Shown: one piece after another, positions 19,897 to 31,989 of the stretch
Layout of the letters: the number at the start of each line of letters is the position of its first letter
Position numbering within the stretch: the stretch's first letter is position 1
DNA from: an uncultured Verrucomicrobiae bacterium
GTDB taxonomy: Bacteria > Verrucomicrobiota > Verrucomicrobiia > Chthoniobacterales > Chthoniobacteraceae
Direction: 5' to 3'
Length of the DNA stretch: 64,000 bases
NCBI GenBank assembly: GCA_963828525.1
Contig: CAWHEP010000010.1
Location: 192,001 to 256,000, forward strand
The notes under the pieces: model-generated
The model's input: the letters and a program-made list of their open reading frames with translations, nothing else
Told to the model about the DNA's origin: nothing
The model's database searches: none
Made by a program: the position numbers and the translations under genes

Positions 19897-21192
19897 CTAG
19901 TTCGCGGGAGCGGTCGCCAGCCCAACGTTCCGGTCACCCGCGCCGTAATACATCATCCACTGTCCTTCGTGCTTGATGATGCAGTTCATCCAAAGACAGT
20001 TGCGGAAGGTGCCACTCTCGTAGGGTTCGCTGGCCTTCATAATACAATCGTCGAGCTGATCGACCTTTTTGGTCAGATTCTTTTTTGAGAACAAGGTTTC
20101 GGAGATCGCGTAGAACCATTTGCCTTTCCCGTTCAGCGTTCCCGCAATGAAAAGCACGACGTCATCGGGATGGGCGGTTGAATAATCCGCAATGGCTATG
20201 CACGGCTCGTACGGCTGCACCCAATTGCGAGGCAGATTCATCTCAACTGGCGTGATTGGACTCCACTTGAGGAGGTCATCCGAGTAGCAGATCTCGACGC
20301 CTTTGTTGCCGCTGACGAACATCGCATATTTGCCGTCGATCTGGACTGGCGCGCCATTGGGATCGCAAACCATCGATCCGTTCTTCACACCATCCACGAC
20401 TGGCCCCAATTTCGTCCAGGTGGTTCCGTCGGGAGATGTTGCCTCGCAGAGCGATATCCCGCCCCTGGTATTATTGCCGGTGTAGAAGGCGTAATAAACG
20501 CCGTCCTTCTTCAAGAAACGGGCGTCCTCACAGCCGTATTTCCTTTCAAACGGTTCGGTGGCATCGATCAGCGGTTCGGGATTTCTAGCAAAGCTCACTC
20601 CATCGACGCTTTCGGCATAGCCCTCGCGTGAGATGTTGTCTGGTTTTACCTGCGCCGTCCGCTTCGATTGACCTTGCGCGCGATACAGCATGCGAAATTT
20701 GCCGTGATCAAAAAGCACGCCGGGATTGTAGGTGTTGACTTGCTCCCAACCGTTGCCCTGCGGCCGGATGATCGGATTTTCGCCATAACGCGCGAACGGG
20801 CCGATTGCCCACGATGGCCAGTCCCCCGAGGATCAATGGTGAACGCAGACGCGCCGGAGGTAAGGGCGACGCCACTGGCGAGAAACTGCCTTTACGTACC
20901 AATGGTGTGGCCCGACGGAAAGGGCTTGAGGCACGCTAAAGTTTACGACCGGGATGGAAGCAGCCGGAACCCCACCCAATTTGGCATCATCGACATAGAC
21001 CTCATAGTTTTGCGCTGCCGGTATCGAGTCCCAGAACAGCAATGGCTTGGTCACCTCAAAATGATCGTTATTTTTTGGCGAGGTTAATTTCAATGTGTTC
21101 GCGTCGCCGGATGCCTGAACGGCGCACGAATAGAAGGTGATTGCGGCGATTACTGGGAGAAGATGGCGAGGGATGGTCAAGGCTTGGGGCAT
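19897..21192 (-). CDS. Secreted GH130-like glycosidase/phosphorylase with N-terminal Ig-like domain (frameshifted ~20720-20880)
   Basis: Signal peptide in 20833..21192; YNPGV..LYRAQ, GCEDAR, KNG, EPYE..G, YYGAGD five-bladed propeller motifs in 19897..20718. Confidence 0.75.
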
Positions 21193-21316
21193 AAGTTCTA
21201 GTTTGCCGGCAGAGAACGCCAGACGGAAGGTTCATTTGACGTTTCGAGGGCTTGCCCGAAGCTAGTGATGAAGCCGCTCCCACTTGCCGACGCGTCCGGT
21301 GTAGGCGGCCGAAAAG

Positions 21317-21422
21317 GCTTCAATGGAGCCTATCCCCGGAGGGATAGGAAACGGGCCACGGAATCTGTCTCGAGCCCACCCATCACGCTTCAATGGAGCC
21401 TATCCCCGGAGGGATAGGAAAC
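21317..21422 (-). CRISPR. Minimal CRISPR array: 2 identical 36-nt repeats and one 34-nt spacer; type I-G(I-U)-like repeat
   Basis: GCTTCAATGGAGCCTATCCCCGGAGGGATAGGAAAC at 21317-21352 and 21387-21422. On the minus strand it ends ATTGAAGC and has an 8-bp stem (CCTATCCC/GGGATAGG). Lies directly downstream of cas2; possible degenerate end repeat at ~21261. Confidence 0.85.
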
Positions 21423-21654
21423 GCCTCTTGTCTAAACCGAACTGCGGCAAGACGCAAATGGGCGGGTTGCGACCGGTGAGTTTTCACCGCTGAATCGACG
21501 GTGAAAACAAGGCGTGTTTTCCCAAGCGATTCGCGGCCACGGTTGATAAATGCAGGCTTGCGAGCGCGAGCCCGATTTGTGGTCATCATGTCACCGCTCG
21601 CATGCCTCGATATGTCAAAGATCGATCCTGGCTTCAACGGCCACAGATTACCGA
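21423..21654 (-). promoter_or_regulatory. Putative CRISPR leader
   Basis: Non-coding ~230 bp between the cas2 stop and the first repeat. Confidence 0.5.
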
Positions 21655-21945
21655 TCATGCAACGTAACATGCGGAATCCATTTTAACGTAGGGTTTTCCC
21701 AGCGCGCGTATTACCCGGTCACCGCGAGTTTCCGCGGGCCCGACTGAAACAAAAAGCACCTGGTCTTCGCCCGAATGAATGATCTCGTTCAACTCTCTTT
21801 CCAACCGGGTCAGCTCAATCAAGCTGAGATCGCATTCGAACACAGAAAACTGCAAATGATCCCCATAATTCTTGCAGGTCTTAAATACTTGCCGCAGCCG
21901 CTTCGCGTCGGCGATGTCGTAGGCAACAATATATGTCGTTCTCAT
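21655..21945 (-). CDS. cas2: CRISPR-associated endonuclease Cas2
   Basis: YIVAYDIAD.KRLR.V, G.HLQFSVFECDL, EDQV motifs; 96 aa; adjacent to the array. Confidence 0.95.
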   Translation of the reverse strand: MRTTYIVAYDIADAKRLRQVFKTCKNYGDHLQFSVFECDLSLIELTRLERELNEIIHSGEDQVLFVSVGPAETRGDRVIRALGKPYVKMDSACYVA

Positions 21946-21993
21946 GACGTCAGGCTCTTCGTCCGGCGCCGATCATCGCTCTCCACAACATCT

Positions 21994-22380
21994 TCACCGC
22001 GTCACAAAGGGAATATATTCCGGTATCTCCCCTGTCAGCACGCGGGAGAGCAGGCGAAACTGCAATTCGAGCGCTCGCCGGTAGCTCACTTTGTAGTCAA
22101 ATACGGGGTGGGTGATGAGATGGCTCATCCGCTGTTCGTAAACTTCAAAGAATTGACGCCGTCCCGCTGGGCTCAGGTTTACCGCGCGCACCTCCGACAC
22201 AAAGTCCCAGATCGCGGCAAGTTCCCCGGACGAAAGCTCAAACAAACTCACCACGTGCCGCCGTGGAATGACGAGCGTATGCCCCTCCGAAACCGGAAAC
22301 CCATCCAGCATCGCAACCGCAACCTCACACTCAAGAAACGCCTCCGACGCCGTGTTATCGCAGAATGGGCAGTTCTCCAT
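21994..22380 (-). pseudogene. In-frame chimera of a HIT-family N-terminus and a Cas1 C-terminus (deletion scar)
   Basis: aa 1-65 CPFC..DGFPVSEGHTLVIPRRH is HIT-like but lacks HxHxH. aa 66-128 AVNLSPAGRRQF..YEQRM..THPVFDYKVSYRR.LELQ.RLL..GEIPEY.PFVTR matches the Cas1 C-terminus. Occupies the cas1 position upstream of cas2. Confidence 0.8.
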
Positions 22381-22544
22381 CGACGCCTCTTATATCCCGT
22401 CTTTACAAATGCGCCAATCTCAACAGGCAATCCAGTGCACTCGTCAGTAGCCCGACGTCCGAGACTCCCTTAAAGCTTGATGGGTTGCTCGCGATGACGT
22501 TACAATATTGGCCCTCAGGAAATCAGAAACAGCATTTCCCCTGC

Positions 22545-24194
22545 ATGCGCAATCATACCAACTTAACTTTTATCGACCTCTTCTGCGGGTGCGGTGGCTT
22601 CAGCTTGGGGATGACCAGAGCAGGACTCCGGTGCCTCGCAGCGATCGATTTCAATCGGGAGGCGATGACAGTTTTTCGTGCGAACTTTCCGCAGGTCCCA
22701 TTAGCACTGGAGAAGGATTTGACGAAGTTCCCACCGACGAAACTTTCCGAAATGCTCGGAGTGGACGAAGTCGATGTGATCGTGGGTGGGCCACCCTGCC
22801 AGGGCTTCAGTACCGCGCGACAGGTAGACGGCTCCAATCACGGAGACCGACTTGTTGCTGATCCGCGCAGACAACTTTTTCGCGAATTTCTACGATACGT
22901 CGAGTTTTTTCGTCCAAAAATCTTCGTGATCGAGAATGTGCTTGGTATCCGCAGCGCTGCTGGAGGAAAATATTTCACCCGCGTGCAATCGGAAGCCCGC
23001 TCGCTCGGATATCGCGTCCATCCCCAAGTGGAGAAAGCTTGGACCTTTGGTGTCCCGCAAAAGCGGTGCCGCCAACTCATCATCGGGGTGCGCACTGACG
23101 TGCCCGGGTTCTTTCCGACGCCGCTAATGCCAGCCAAGCGCGCATGGTGCAACCCCGACGAGCCAGGCGATGTGCCAACTCTGTGGGATGCCATTGGAGA
23201 TCTGCCGGAGCTTGGGGCCGGAGATGGTGCCCAGGAATGTGAATACGATCGCTCGTTGCGAGAGATATTTTTGAAGAGGCGTGGCGAACGTGGTGCACAT
23301 TATCTCAAACAGATCCTCGAAATTGATCGCGCGTCGAGACTTACCGCACATCTCGCGCGTCCACACAACGATCAGGATTTGCGAGACTTTGCCCGGCTCA
23401 AGGAAGGCGAGCACAGCTCCGAAGCCATCGCCCGCGGCGCTGCGATGGAGTTCACTTATAAACGCAGCATTTTCAAGGACCGCTACAAGCGCCAGCACCG
23501 AGAAGAATTGTGCTCCACCGTCGTCGCGCATCTCAGCAAAGACGGGTTGATGTTTATCCATCCCACACAAAACCGTTCGCTTACGCCGCGGGAGGCTGCG
23601 CGCGTCCAAAGCTTCCCGGATTGGTTTCACTTCCCTATTCCGCGCACACACCAGTTCAGAATCATCGGGAATGCCGTGCCGCCGCTCGTAGGCGAAGCGG
23701 TGGGTCGCGCAGTCAGCGATTTCATAACAGTGGCGATGAAAAAACATTCACAACGTCAATTCGACCTCTCTCCGCTTCCGTCCCGGGAAGCTGAAGCCAT
23801 AAGCTGGCTGCTGCCGTTGCTGGACAAAGATAGTCGCATGCTGCGTAAAGTAACCTCCGACGATTTCAAACGTGCCTGGTATTCCATCGGGTTTCTCTAC
23901 ATGGGACTTCACCCTGACGGTGCCTTGGATCATGGCAAAACCATTTCTGCCGAGATCGAGGATTATCCGCTCACCAGTCGAATTGAGCCGCGACTTCTCG
24001 CGCCCTATTACGAACGAAGCGGCTGGCCCGTTGTTCTCGCGCCGATTGCACGCGAAGCGTGGCGACGTTTTGAAGCGGGCGATTTACAAGATGACGAGTT
24101 CTATTGCTCAGAGGCCCAAATGGCGGGGGCGTGTTCCCGCAATCCGTGGATGGCGGAAGAAGTGCGCGAAGCTCGGGCGAAGTTCGCGGCGTGA
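22545..24194 (+). CDS. DNA cytosine-5 methyltransferase (DrmMII-like) with ~150-aa C-terminal extension
   Basis: IDLFCGCGG (motif I), GGPPCQGFS (IV), ENV (VI), QKRCR (VIII), REAARVQSFPD and GNAVPP (IX/X). Confidence 0.93.
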   Translation: MRNHTNLTFIDLFCGCGGFSLGMTRAGLRCLAAIDFNREAMTVFRANFPQVPLALEKDLTKFPPTKLSEMLGVDEVDVIVGGPPCQGFSTARQVDGSNHGDRLVADPRRQLFREFLRYVEFFRPKIFVIENVLGIRSAAGGKYFTRVQSEARSLGYRVHPQVEKAWTFGVPQKRCRQLIIGVRTDVPGFFPTPLMPAKRAWCNPDEPGDVPTLWDAIGDLPELGAGDGAQECEYDRSLREIFLKRRGERGAHYLKQILEIDRASRLTAHLARPHNDQDLRDFARLKEGEHSSEAIARGAAMEFTYKRSIFKDRYKRQHREELCSTVVAHLSKDGLMFIHPTQNRSLTPREAARVQSFPDWFHFPIPRTHQFRIIGNAVPPLVGEAVGRAVSDFITVAMKKHSQRQFDLSPLPSREAEAISWLLPLLDKDSRMLRKVTSDDFKRAWYSIGFLYMGLHPDGALDHGKTISAEIEDYPLTSRIEPRLLAPYYERSGWPVVLAPIAREAWRRFEAGDLQDDEFYCSEAQMAGACSRNPWMAEEVREARAKFAA

Positions 24195-24206
24195 GGGGAG
24201 GCGAGA

Positions 24207-26808
24207 ATGGAAAGGATTTTCGAGGAACTCGGAAAGCAATTTCCTCTTCTCATGCGTTTACAACTGCGCAGCGGCGATGCCCAACCCGAAGACATTGCCT
24301 CCTTTTTAGGGATCATCCTCGGGGCGATTGAGCAGGCACGGCATGCTTCCTTCTGCTTCGTCCTTCCGAAAAAAAGTCACATTGCGCCACTGACAGCAGT
24401 GCTCTATTCACTCGGCAAGTTCGCCGTCGAGTTTCCAAAGCTCGCTGAGGATTATGCAAGACGTGAGTTCCATCGAGGTCAGCGCGTAAAAGTGCGACCT
24501 GGTGAAAAGGTTTTCATCTTCGGCGGACTATGGGAAACCGATGCGAGTCAATACCGGATGGAAGTCATTAACCAAGATGGCGCAGCCTTTAGTTGGCCGA
24601 CTTCAGAGATCCTTCGGATCGAGGCGACTCATAATCTGATTCCGCGTGGCAAGCTAACGGATGTAGATCGGTTGCGACGGGAACTCCAGCTTTGCGATCT
24701 TGACCGCTTGATTGGCACCCGCACGTTTGGCAACACATCCTTGTTCGAGAACCAGGTTCTTTATTTAGGTGGTCGGACAGAATTCGACGAGTTCCTTGCG
24801 AACGGTCAGTTTTATAGGGATGGTTTTGAACAGCCCCCATTGCTTGCAGAGCTTGTCTCCACTGGCACTGTGGGGGAGTCTGGAGAGACCGACCACGATG
24901 ATCGTTACAACGTCGCGGGACAGCCATTTGTTGCCATCAACTCGCGCATTGAAAATATCGCCGCTGCGTGCGCACTAGCGAAGCCACATTCCAAAGTCGT
25001 GCTGGTGGATGGTGTGAGTCGCATCACGGACTTGGGCAAATTCGACCGGATCGTAGAAAGGCAGAATATGATCATTTTTGCGGAGAGCGGAGATGATGAG
25101 AAGCTACGACAACTCTATGATCGCGGCTGCAAATTCTGGCGCTTCTCGCTCGCCGATTTCGAATTGGGGCGTCGGCAAAGCAATGGCGAGAAAACGGTTC
25201 GTTTAAGCGGTTTTTTTGGACCGCTGGTCCGCGCAGCGACTAATGAGCTTTCATGCAAGACAGAGCCGATTTCCTGCGCGAATGAACAGTTGGATCGCGC
25301 GAGTGCTTCGCTGGAGGTCTGCGAGCGAGCGCTCGAAGAATCGGAGACCGATGAAACGCGGAGGCTCCTGGGAAAGATTTACAGCGTGCTTATGCGGTGT
25401 GCCGGTTTCGTGCGGCCGCCTTTGGAAGCGGAGCGGGATCAGATTCTCCAATCGATTGATCGTCTTTCGACGGCAGCGATGGAGCGCGCGATGTGGCTCC
25501 CCGAAAAGGCTGCATCAGGTCTGAGAGAAGCGTGCGAGGCCCTCAGGCAGGCGGTCGGAGACACTGCGCTGGGAAACTCGAAAGGCGATGCGCTGGCGGC
25601 TGTAATCGCATCGCTGCGGAAGAGTGGGGTCGCACGGGACCGGAGTCATTGTGCGCAACCTGACACTGCATAATGATCTCGCCGCATGGTGTGCTGCACG
25701 TTCACTGAGCTTCCCTGTGCTGCTGCCTGTCAGTTTGGAAGAGCAAGGGTTTTTCGACGCGCTGATATGTGTCTCTTGGCCCAACGCCGCCACTTTTCAT
25801 CGCGTGCTTGCGTGCCATGCAACACCGACGATCTATCTTGTAGGATACGACTTTGAGCGGCGGTGGCTGGCACAGTTTAGCCGTCGTCGCGCCCAAGCTT
25901 TCCGCGTACCGAGCTTGGGACGCGCTGAAAAGTCGGAGTTAGTTGGTCAGGCGGACGATCCGTCGCTTGTCTGGCCCGAACCGCCCGCGCGAGTCGCTGC
26001 TCCCGTTGAGACTGCTCCAGTGGGTGGCGAGTTCCGCATCTGGAGTTTTGAGGAGAAAATCGCCCGCAAGGGCATTGGCCGTTCTGCGGCCGAAGGCGAA
26101 GACCTTGTCACCGCGACTTACGTCAGCTTCATCGGTGACGCCTACGCATACTTGACCGCCAGCAACAAAGTCCCCGTGATCACCGAGCTTGTTTCCGGGC
26201 GTGTCGATGAGAGCTACGCGATTCCGCGGCGCCGGCTTGAACAGATCAAGCCCGGGGACGTGGTTGTCTTTCGCGAAGGCGGAAAACGCGATGTGATCCA
26301 CGCCCTTGCCGATAAAGCACTCGGCGTTGATGCAGCGGGAATTCGTGAAATGGCTGCCCGGTGGCAATGTTCGTTGCGCGAATCCAAGATGAGCGAGGGC
26401 GCTCTGTTTGAAGCGCTAGTTGCCGTGGGCTGCGCCCGCGGTCGAGCGGCAGTCAGTAATTGGTTGCACGATGATTCGATGATTGGTCCGCAGCTTGAAA
26501 GCGATCTTAGTGCCATTGCACGCGTGATCGGCGATCAGACGTTACTGCGCGATGCAAGCAAGGTCTGGGAGACAATTCGGAGGCTGAAAGGCGTGCATCA
26601 AGCAGCGGGCAAGCGACTCCTGCACGTGCTCTTGCGCGAACTCCCAAAACGTATCGGCGAGCTTCGCGGGGGTCGCACGCGGATTGAAATCGAGAACACC
26701 ATCGGTGCGTGGATTGTCCAGGTTGAGACCATCGCACCGGCTTCTGAGCCGTGTCCGCGCTCGCATGTGAACAGCCTTCTTTGGGATGAAGGAGACGATC
26801 TCGTCTGA
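24207..26808 (+). CDS. drmE: DrmE-like protein (~860 aa, frameshift ~25640)
   Basis: Size and position match DISARM class II drmE. The C-terminal pattern (PGDVVVFRE, W...L, WL.D..IGP..DL.AIA, H..AG) resembles DrmE-family proteins from memory; no HMM was run. Confidence 0.55.
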
Positions 26809-26817
26809 CCGACCTTT

Positions 26818-28601
26818 ATGGCAAAGATGATTCCTCCTCATTGCGACGACAAGGCCCCTGGCAGCGAGCGGCGCATTTTTGATTTGCTCAAGAACGATCC
26901 AGCTACCATAGACTGGGTCGTCCTCCATTCACTCAATCTTGCCCGATCTGGCGAGAGACCATACGGCGAGGTCGATTTCGTTGTTCTGGTGCCCAATGGC
27001 GGTGTGTTTTGTATCGAAGTGAAGGGCGGGCGAGTGGCGTGCAAAGACGGTATTTGGACGACCACGAATGCAGCCGGGCGGACGGACGCTTTGAAGCGCA
27101 GTCCGTTCAAGCAAGCGGATGATGCGATGCGAAGTGTGCGTGATGCATTGGAAAAGCGAATCGAGAATGCAGCGGATTTCCGCAAGGTCGCGTTCGGCTG
27201 CGCAGTGATCTTCACCAACGTCGTCACGCCGCCACTCGAACCCGGCGTGGAGCCTTGGGAAGTCATTGATTGCGATGGTTTGGAGACGCCGATTTCCGCG
27301 CATGTGCTGCGCATGGCAAAAAATCAACGCGCGCGCTTTCATCTTCGTTCGTCGCCCGCCGAGCCGCAGCCGGCGCTCCTCAAGCAAATCCGCGAAGCGT
27401 TGCGTCCGGATTTTGAGCGCGTCGTTGCTCGCTCGGCGGAATTGCGGGAATCAGAGCGAAAACTACTGAGCTTGACAGAGGAGCAATATCGCATCCTTGA
27501 TCTCCTTGCGGATAATCCGCGTTGTCTCTTTGAAGGTGCGGCGGGCACGGGCAAGACGTTGCTGGCGTTGGAATATGCACGGCGTTGCGCTGCTGCGGGA
27601 CAGTGTGTGTTGTTGGTTTGTTTCAACAAGCTGCTCGGCGAATGGCTGGCGGCTGAGTTGACTGCATCGGTTTCCAACGGTCGGGCTACGGCGGGTCGCT
27701 TTTACAAGTGTCTGCGGGAAGTAATCGTCGCGTCGCCAGCGTCATCCGAGTTCGCAGAGGCGGAGCAGCGCGCTTCCGGTGCCACACTGTTTGGCGAGGT
27801 ATATCCGTTCTACGGTCAACTCGCGCTCGAAGACGCTGCGGAAAAGTATGATGTCGTCGTGGTGGATGAAGCGCAGGATTTGGTGCGCAAGCCGGTGCTC
27901 GACGTTCTGAATGCCTGGTTGCGCGGCGGGTTGAGCGCCGGACGCTGGGCGTTCTTCGGAGACTTTCATCGGCAGGCGATTTACGGGACGAAGTTCGATG
28001 GCGATCCGCGCGAGATGCTGCGAACGATGTGCCTGTTCGTCGTTCGCGCGAACCTGACGCAGAACTGCCGCAATACACGACGCATTGGCGAGGAGACGGC
28101 ATTGTTGTCGGGCTTTACTGCGCCGCCGTATCGAATGGGACAGATTGAAGGCGTGGCAGTCGATTACATGGAATACGACGACGTGGCTTCACAACGAGCG
28201 GCGCTCACTAAAGTGCTGACGCGACTGGCGACCGAACCGGGAGTCGATGCAGGCGACGTCGTGCTGCTCTCGCGGCATCGGTTCGAGAACTCGACCGCAG
28301 GAACGCTCAATGAAGTCGCGGAGTTTCGTGTTCGTCCGGTTGATCGACCGGCATCGGGGGTAACTCGAGTGCCGGTATTTGTTTTCGCGACGGTGCAGGC
28401 GTTCAAAGGCATGGAGAGCAAGATCGTGGTTTTGTGCGATGTCGATGAGGTCGAGACGGATGAGAGCCGCTCGTTGCTTTACGTCGGGATGTCGCGCGCT
28501 CGCTGTATTCTCGTGGTACTATCCTTCACAAGCGCACGAAGCCTGCGGTCAAGGAGGCTTTCAAAAAGCAAATGACGGAACTTTGGGGAGCGAACGTATG
28601 A
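26818..28601 (+). CDS. NERD nuclease fused to SF1 (UvrD-like) helicase
   Basis: LHSLNL..GEVDFVVL..IEVKGG (NERD); GAAGTGKT, VVDEAQD, NCRNT, FKGMES, YVGMSRAR. An indel near 28520 restores the tail ILHKRTKPAVKEAFKKQMTELWGANV*, whose stop overlaps the drmA ATG. Confidence 0.85.
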
Positions 28602-31600
28602 GCGCCGAAGTGCGGAGCGACATCATCGATTTTTTGCGCCGCGAATTGGTCGGAACCGGACCCCGGTTTTCCCGCGCAGCAACTGAATCGCGAGGAAATT
28701 TTGCGTCCGCAAGACCCGCCGCGTTTGCGCTACAGCGCGGGCGTTTTATTTCCGCGCAAAGCGCCCGTGGCACAGGCCGAGAATTCCACGGAAGCAGAGA
28801 GCGAGGCCGCTGCGAGCGATGTCGCGGAAGGCGATGAGCCGGAGAATGACGACAGTGGCCTCGGGGATGCGCGGGCTGACGCCCGCGGCGAAGGCGAAGT
28901 GCCGACGGAGCAGGAAGTCAATCGCGCGAACGAATTCCTGCCAAGCGCGATGGGTATCTCGGCGCTGGTGCGTCTGCCCCGGCGTTTGAAAATTCATGTG
29001 AGCGCGGGCCGCTACGAGCCCCTGGCGGTTGCGGGACTTGGGCGGCAGAACAAGGAGAGTAAATGGGTTGCGCACTGGTGGCGCAAGCCAGTCGAGGTCA
29101 CATTGGAGATCGATTGCGCTGAGTTTTTCTCGGCTGAACCGAAGGTTCGCATCGCAGTCGTTGAGGTCGATGGAAGCGCGACGGGGCTTGTGATGCATAT
29201 TTTCAGCCGACCGTTCGTCCATGCGAAAGAACCCGACCGAGAGCGGATCATCACGTTCACTTTGCTAAACCAGAAGCAGGCGAAATCCACCCGGCCTGGC
29301 GACGAAGAGTGCTTTTTTCAGTGTCACTTCGGAGTCATGGATGCCGAAGGTGGCGACTGCTTTCTTGAATATCCGGAGCGCATCGGTCTCGCTGTGGATG
29401 AAGAAGAAGAATCGCTGCGGCTTCTTTTCGATCATCGCAAGACTTTCGCCGTAGGGCACGGCTGCGCTGCCAACTGGCCGGACGATGAAGCCGGGGTGAT
29501 GCCGCGCGTCTGGACCGAGTCGCTGCCGTGCCATGAAATCAAGCCGATCGCGCCAACGCGCATCGAAGGTCTCGATCTCTCAATGGCTGCGCTCGGCGCG
29601 AAAAGTGATACTGCCGTGCAATTGTGCCGGCAGCTTGCAAACGCTTATGAGCAGTGGATTGACGAGCAGGCGGAAAGAGCAGCGGCGCTCGCAGAGGATA
29701 TCGACCGGCTGCGCAGCGACATTTGGAGGAGTGTCGGCGTGGCCATGTGCGGATGCTTGCCGGAATCGAGTTGCTAACCAGCGATGCGGATACACAGCGC
29801 GCGTTTGCCTTGATGAACCAGGCGATGCTGCAACAGCAGTTTCATTACGAACTCGCTTCCTCTCCGGGCTTGCAGCGCAATTGGGTGAAGAGCGGCCAAA
29901 CGCTCGTGCTGGAACGTCCTTATCAAGCGCCCAACATCGGCGGAGCGCCGCCCGAGAAGGGGCGCTGGCGGCCTTTCCAATTGGCTTTCATTCTTATGAA
30001 TTTGCGCTCGATGACGCAGCGCGATTCCGATGAACGGAAGATCGTCGATCTAATCTGGTTCCCGACGGGCGGCGGCAAAACGGAAGCTTATTTAGGTCTT
30101 ACCGCATTTACGATTTTTTGGCGTCGGCTGGAAAATACTGAGAACAGCGGCACGACCGCGTTGATGCGTTACACATTGCGGCTTCTCACGACTCAGCAAT
30201 ATCAGCGCGCCGCGTCGCTTATCTGTGCGTGCGAGATCCTGCGGCGCTCCAACCCGGCAGAACTTGGTGACGTGCCGATTTCCATTGGCCTCTGGGTCGG
30301 CGGTGATGTGACCCCTATCAGACACGCCGACGCGGTGAAGCGGCTGCAGGAGTTGCTCGATGGCGGATGGAGAATCCGTTCATCATGCTGAATTGTCCTT
30401 GGTGCGGTGCCCAAATGGGACCGGTCGAATTTGGCAGAGCCAATCGGGTGAAAGGCTACGTCCAACGTGCCGCTCCACAGCGCGTCGAGTTTTGCTGTGA
30501 AGACCCCGGCTGCGATTTCGGCGAGGGCCTCCCACTGTATGTCGTCGATGAGGCCATTTACGCCGAGCGACCGACGCTGCTCATCGGCACGGTCGATAAG
30601 TTCGCGCTCCTGCCCTGGTATCCCCAAGCGCGCCAGCTTTTCGGCCTCGACACTGGCGGCGCAATTTCGCCTCCCGACCTCGTGATTCAGGATGAGTTGC
30701 ACCTCATCTCCGGCCCGTTGGGGTCGATGGTGGGGCATTACGAAACCGTGCTCGACGCCCTCTGCACGGTTGAGGAAAAAGGGAAACGGTTGCCTGCGAA
30801 AATCGTCGCTTCCACGGCCACAATCTGCCGCGCTGCCGAACAGGTGCGCAATCTCTATGCGCGAGGGGTGTTCCTTTTCCCGCCGCAAGGTTTGCGCGCT
30901 GGCGACTCTTTTTTTGCCAAAGAGGAGCGGGAGAAAACCGGGCGAATGTATGTCGGTATTTTTGCGACCGCGCTTTCGTCACATGTCACCGCGCAGATTC
31001 GGGTGATCTCCGCGCTGTTGCAGGCGGTTAAAAGCATTCCAGAAAAAAGCCCGGCGCGACTCGACGCCTACTGGACGGTAATGGCTTATTTCAACAGCCT
31101 GCGCGAGCTCGGACACGCGGCGACGCTGATTCGCGCAGACATCACAGATTACCTCAATGCGATGTGGGATCGGCTCCAAATCCGCCCGGACGACACAGGC
31201 GATCCCCGCCGTTTCATCAACGCAGACCGCGAGCTGACGAGCCGCGTCCAGAGCAGCGAGATTCCAGAGATTCTCCAGCAACTTTTCGTGCAATGGGACG
31301 GCACCAAGGACTCGCATCCCATAGATGTCTGCCTTGCTACAAACATGATTCAAGTCGGGCTGGACGTGTCTCGATTGGGACTGATGACTGTCGTCGGCCA
31401 GCCAAAGACGACCTCCGAATACATACAAGCCACGAGCCGTGTAGGCCGCGCCACTCCGGGACTCGTGGTCACCGTTTACAATCCGGCGAAGCCGCGCGAC
31501 CGCTCGCATTTCGAGCACTTCCGCGCATATCACCAGAGCATCTATCGCTGGGTGGAGCCGACGAGTGTCACGCCGTTCGCGGTGCCGGTCCGGGATCGTG

Positions 31601-31986
31601 CGCTGCACGCGCTCGCAATCACGCTGGTTCGCTATCTTGGCGGCGATGGGTCGCGGACGAATCCGCAACCGCCTCCCGACTCCGCCCTTGTCAGGCGTGT
31701 GCGCGACGTGTTGCTCGCACGTGTTCAGGATGTGGACGAGAACGAAGTGGTCGAAACGCGACGTCAACTCGAAGAATTGTTTGAAGACTGGCGGCGCAAC
31801 CCACCGCCACGGTACGGTGACTTTCGTCCGCCTGCGGGAGAGACACCGCTTATGTTCCCAAGCGGCACGCAGAAGCTCGTGGAATGGGGAGAGCCGTGTT
31901 TGGCCACACCCAGTTCGATGCGAAATGTGGACTCAACATGCGATGCGGCTGTAATCCCGCGATTCCCTGAACCCGAAGAAACCTGA
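28598..31986 (+). CDS. drmA: DISARM helicase DrmA-like (several indels)
   Basis: RELVG..., RYSAGVLFP, FAVGHGCAA, WRPFQLAF, FPTGGGKTEAYLGL, MRYTLRLLT.QQ..RA, QDELHLISGPLG, ATNMIQVGLDV.RLG, EYIQATSRVGR across ORFs 28701, 29723 and 30367. Confidence 0.88.
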
Positions 31987-31989
31987 ACC

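Noticed and set aside
21631..21645. GCTTCAACGGCC as a third CRISPR repeat
   Set aside because: Only the first 7 nt match, with no hairpin and wrong spacing.
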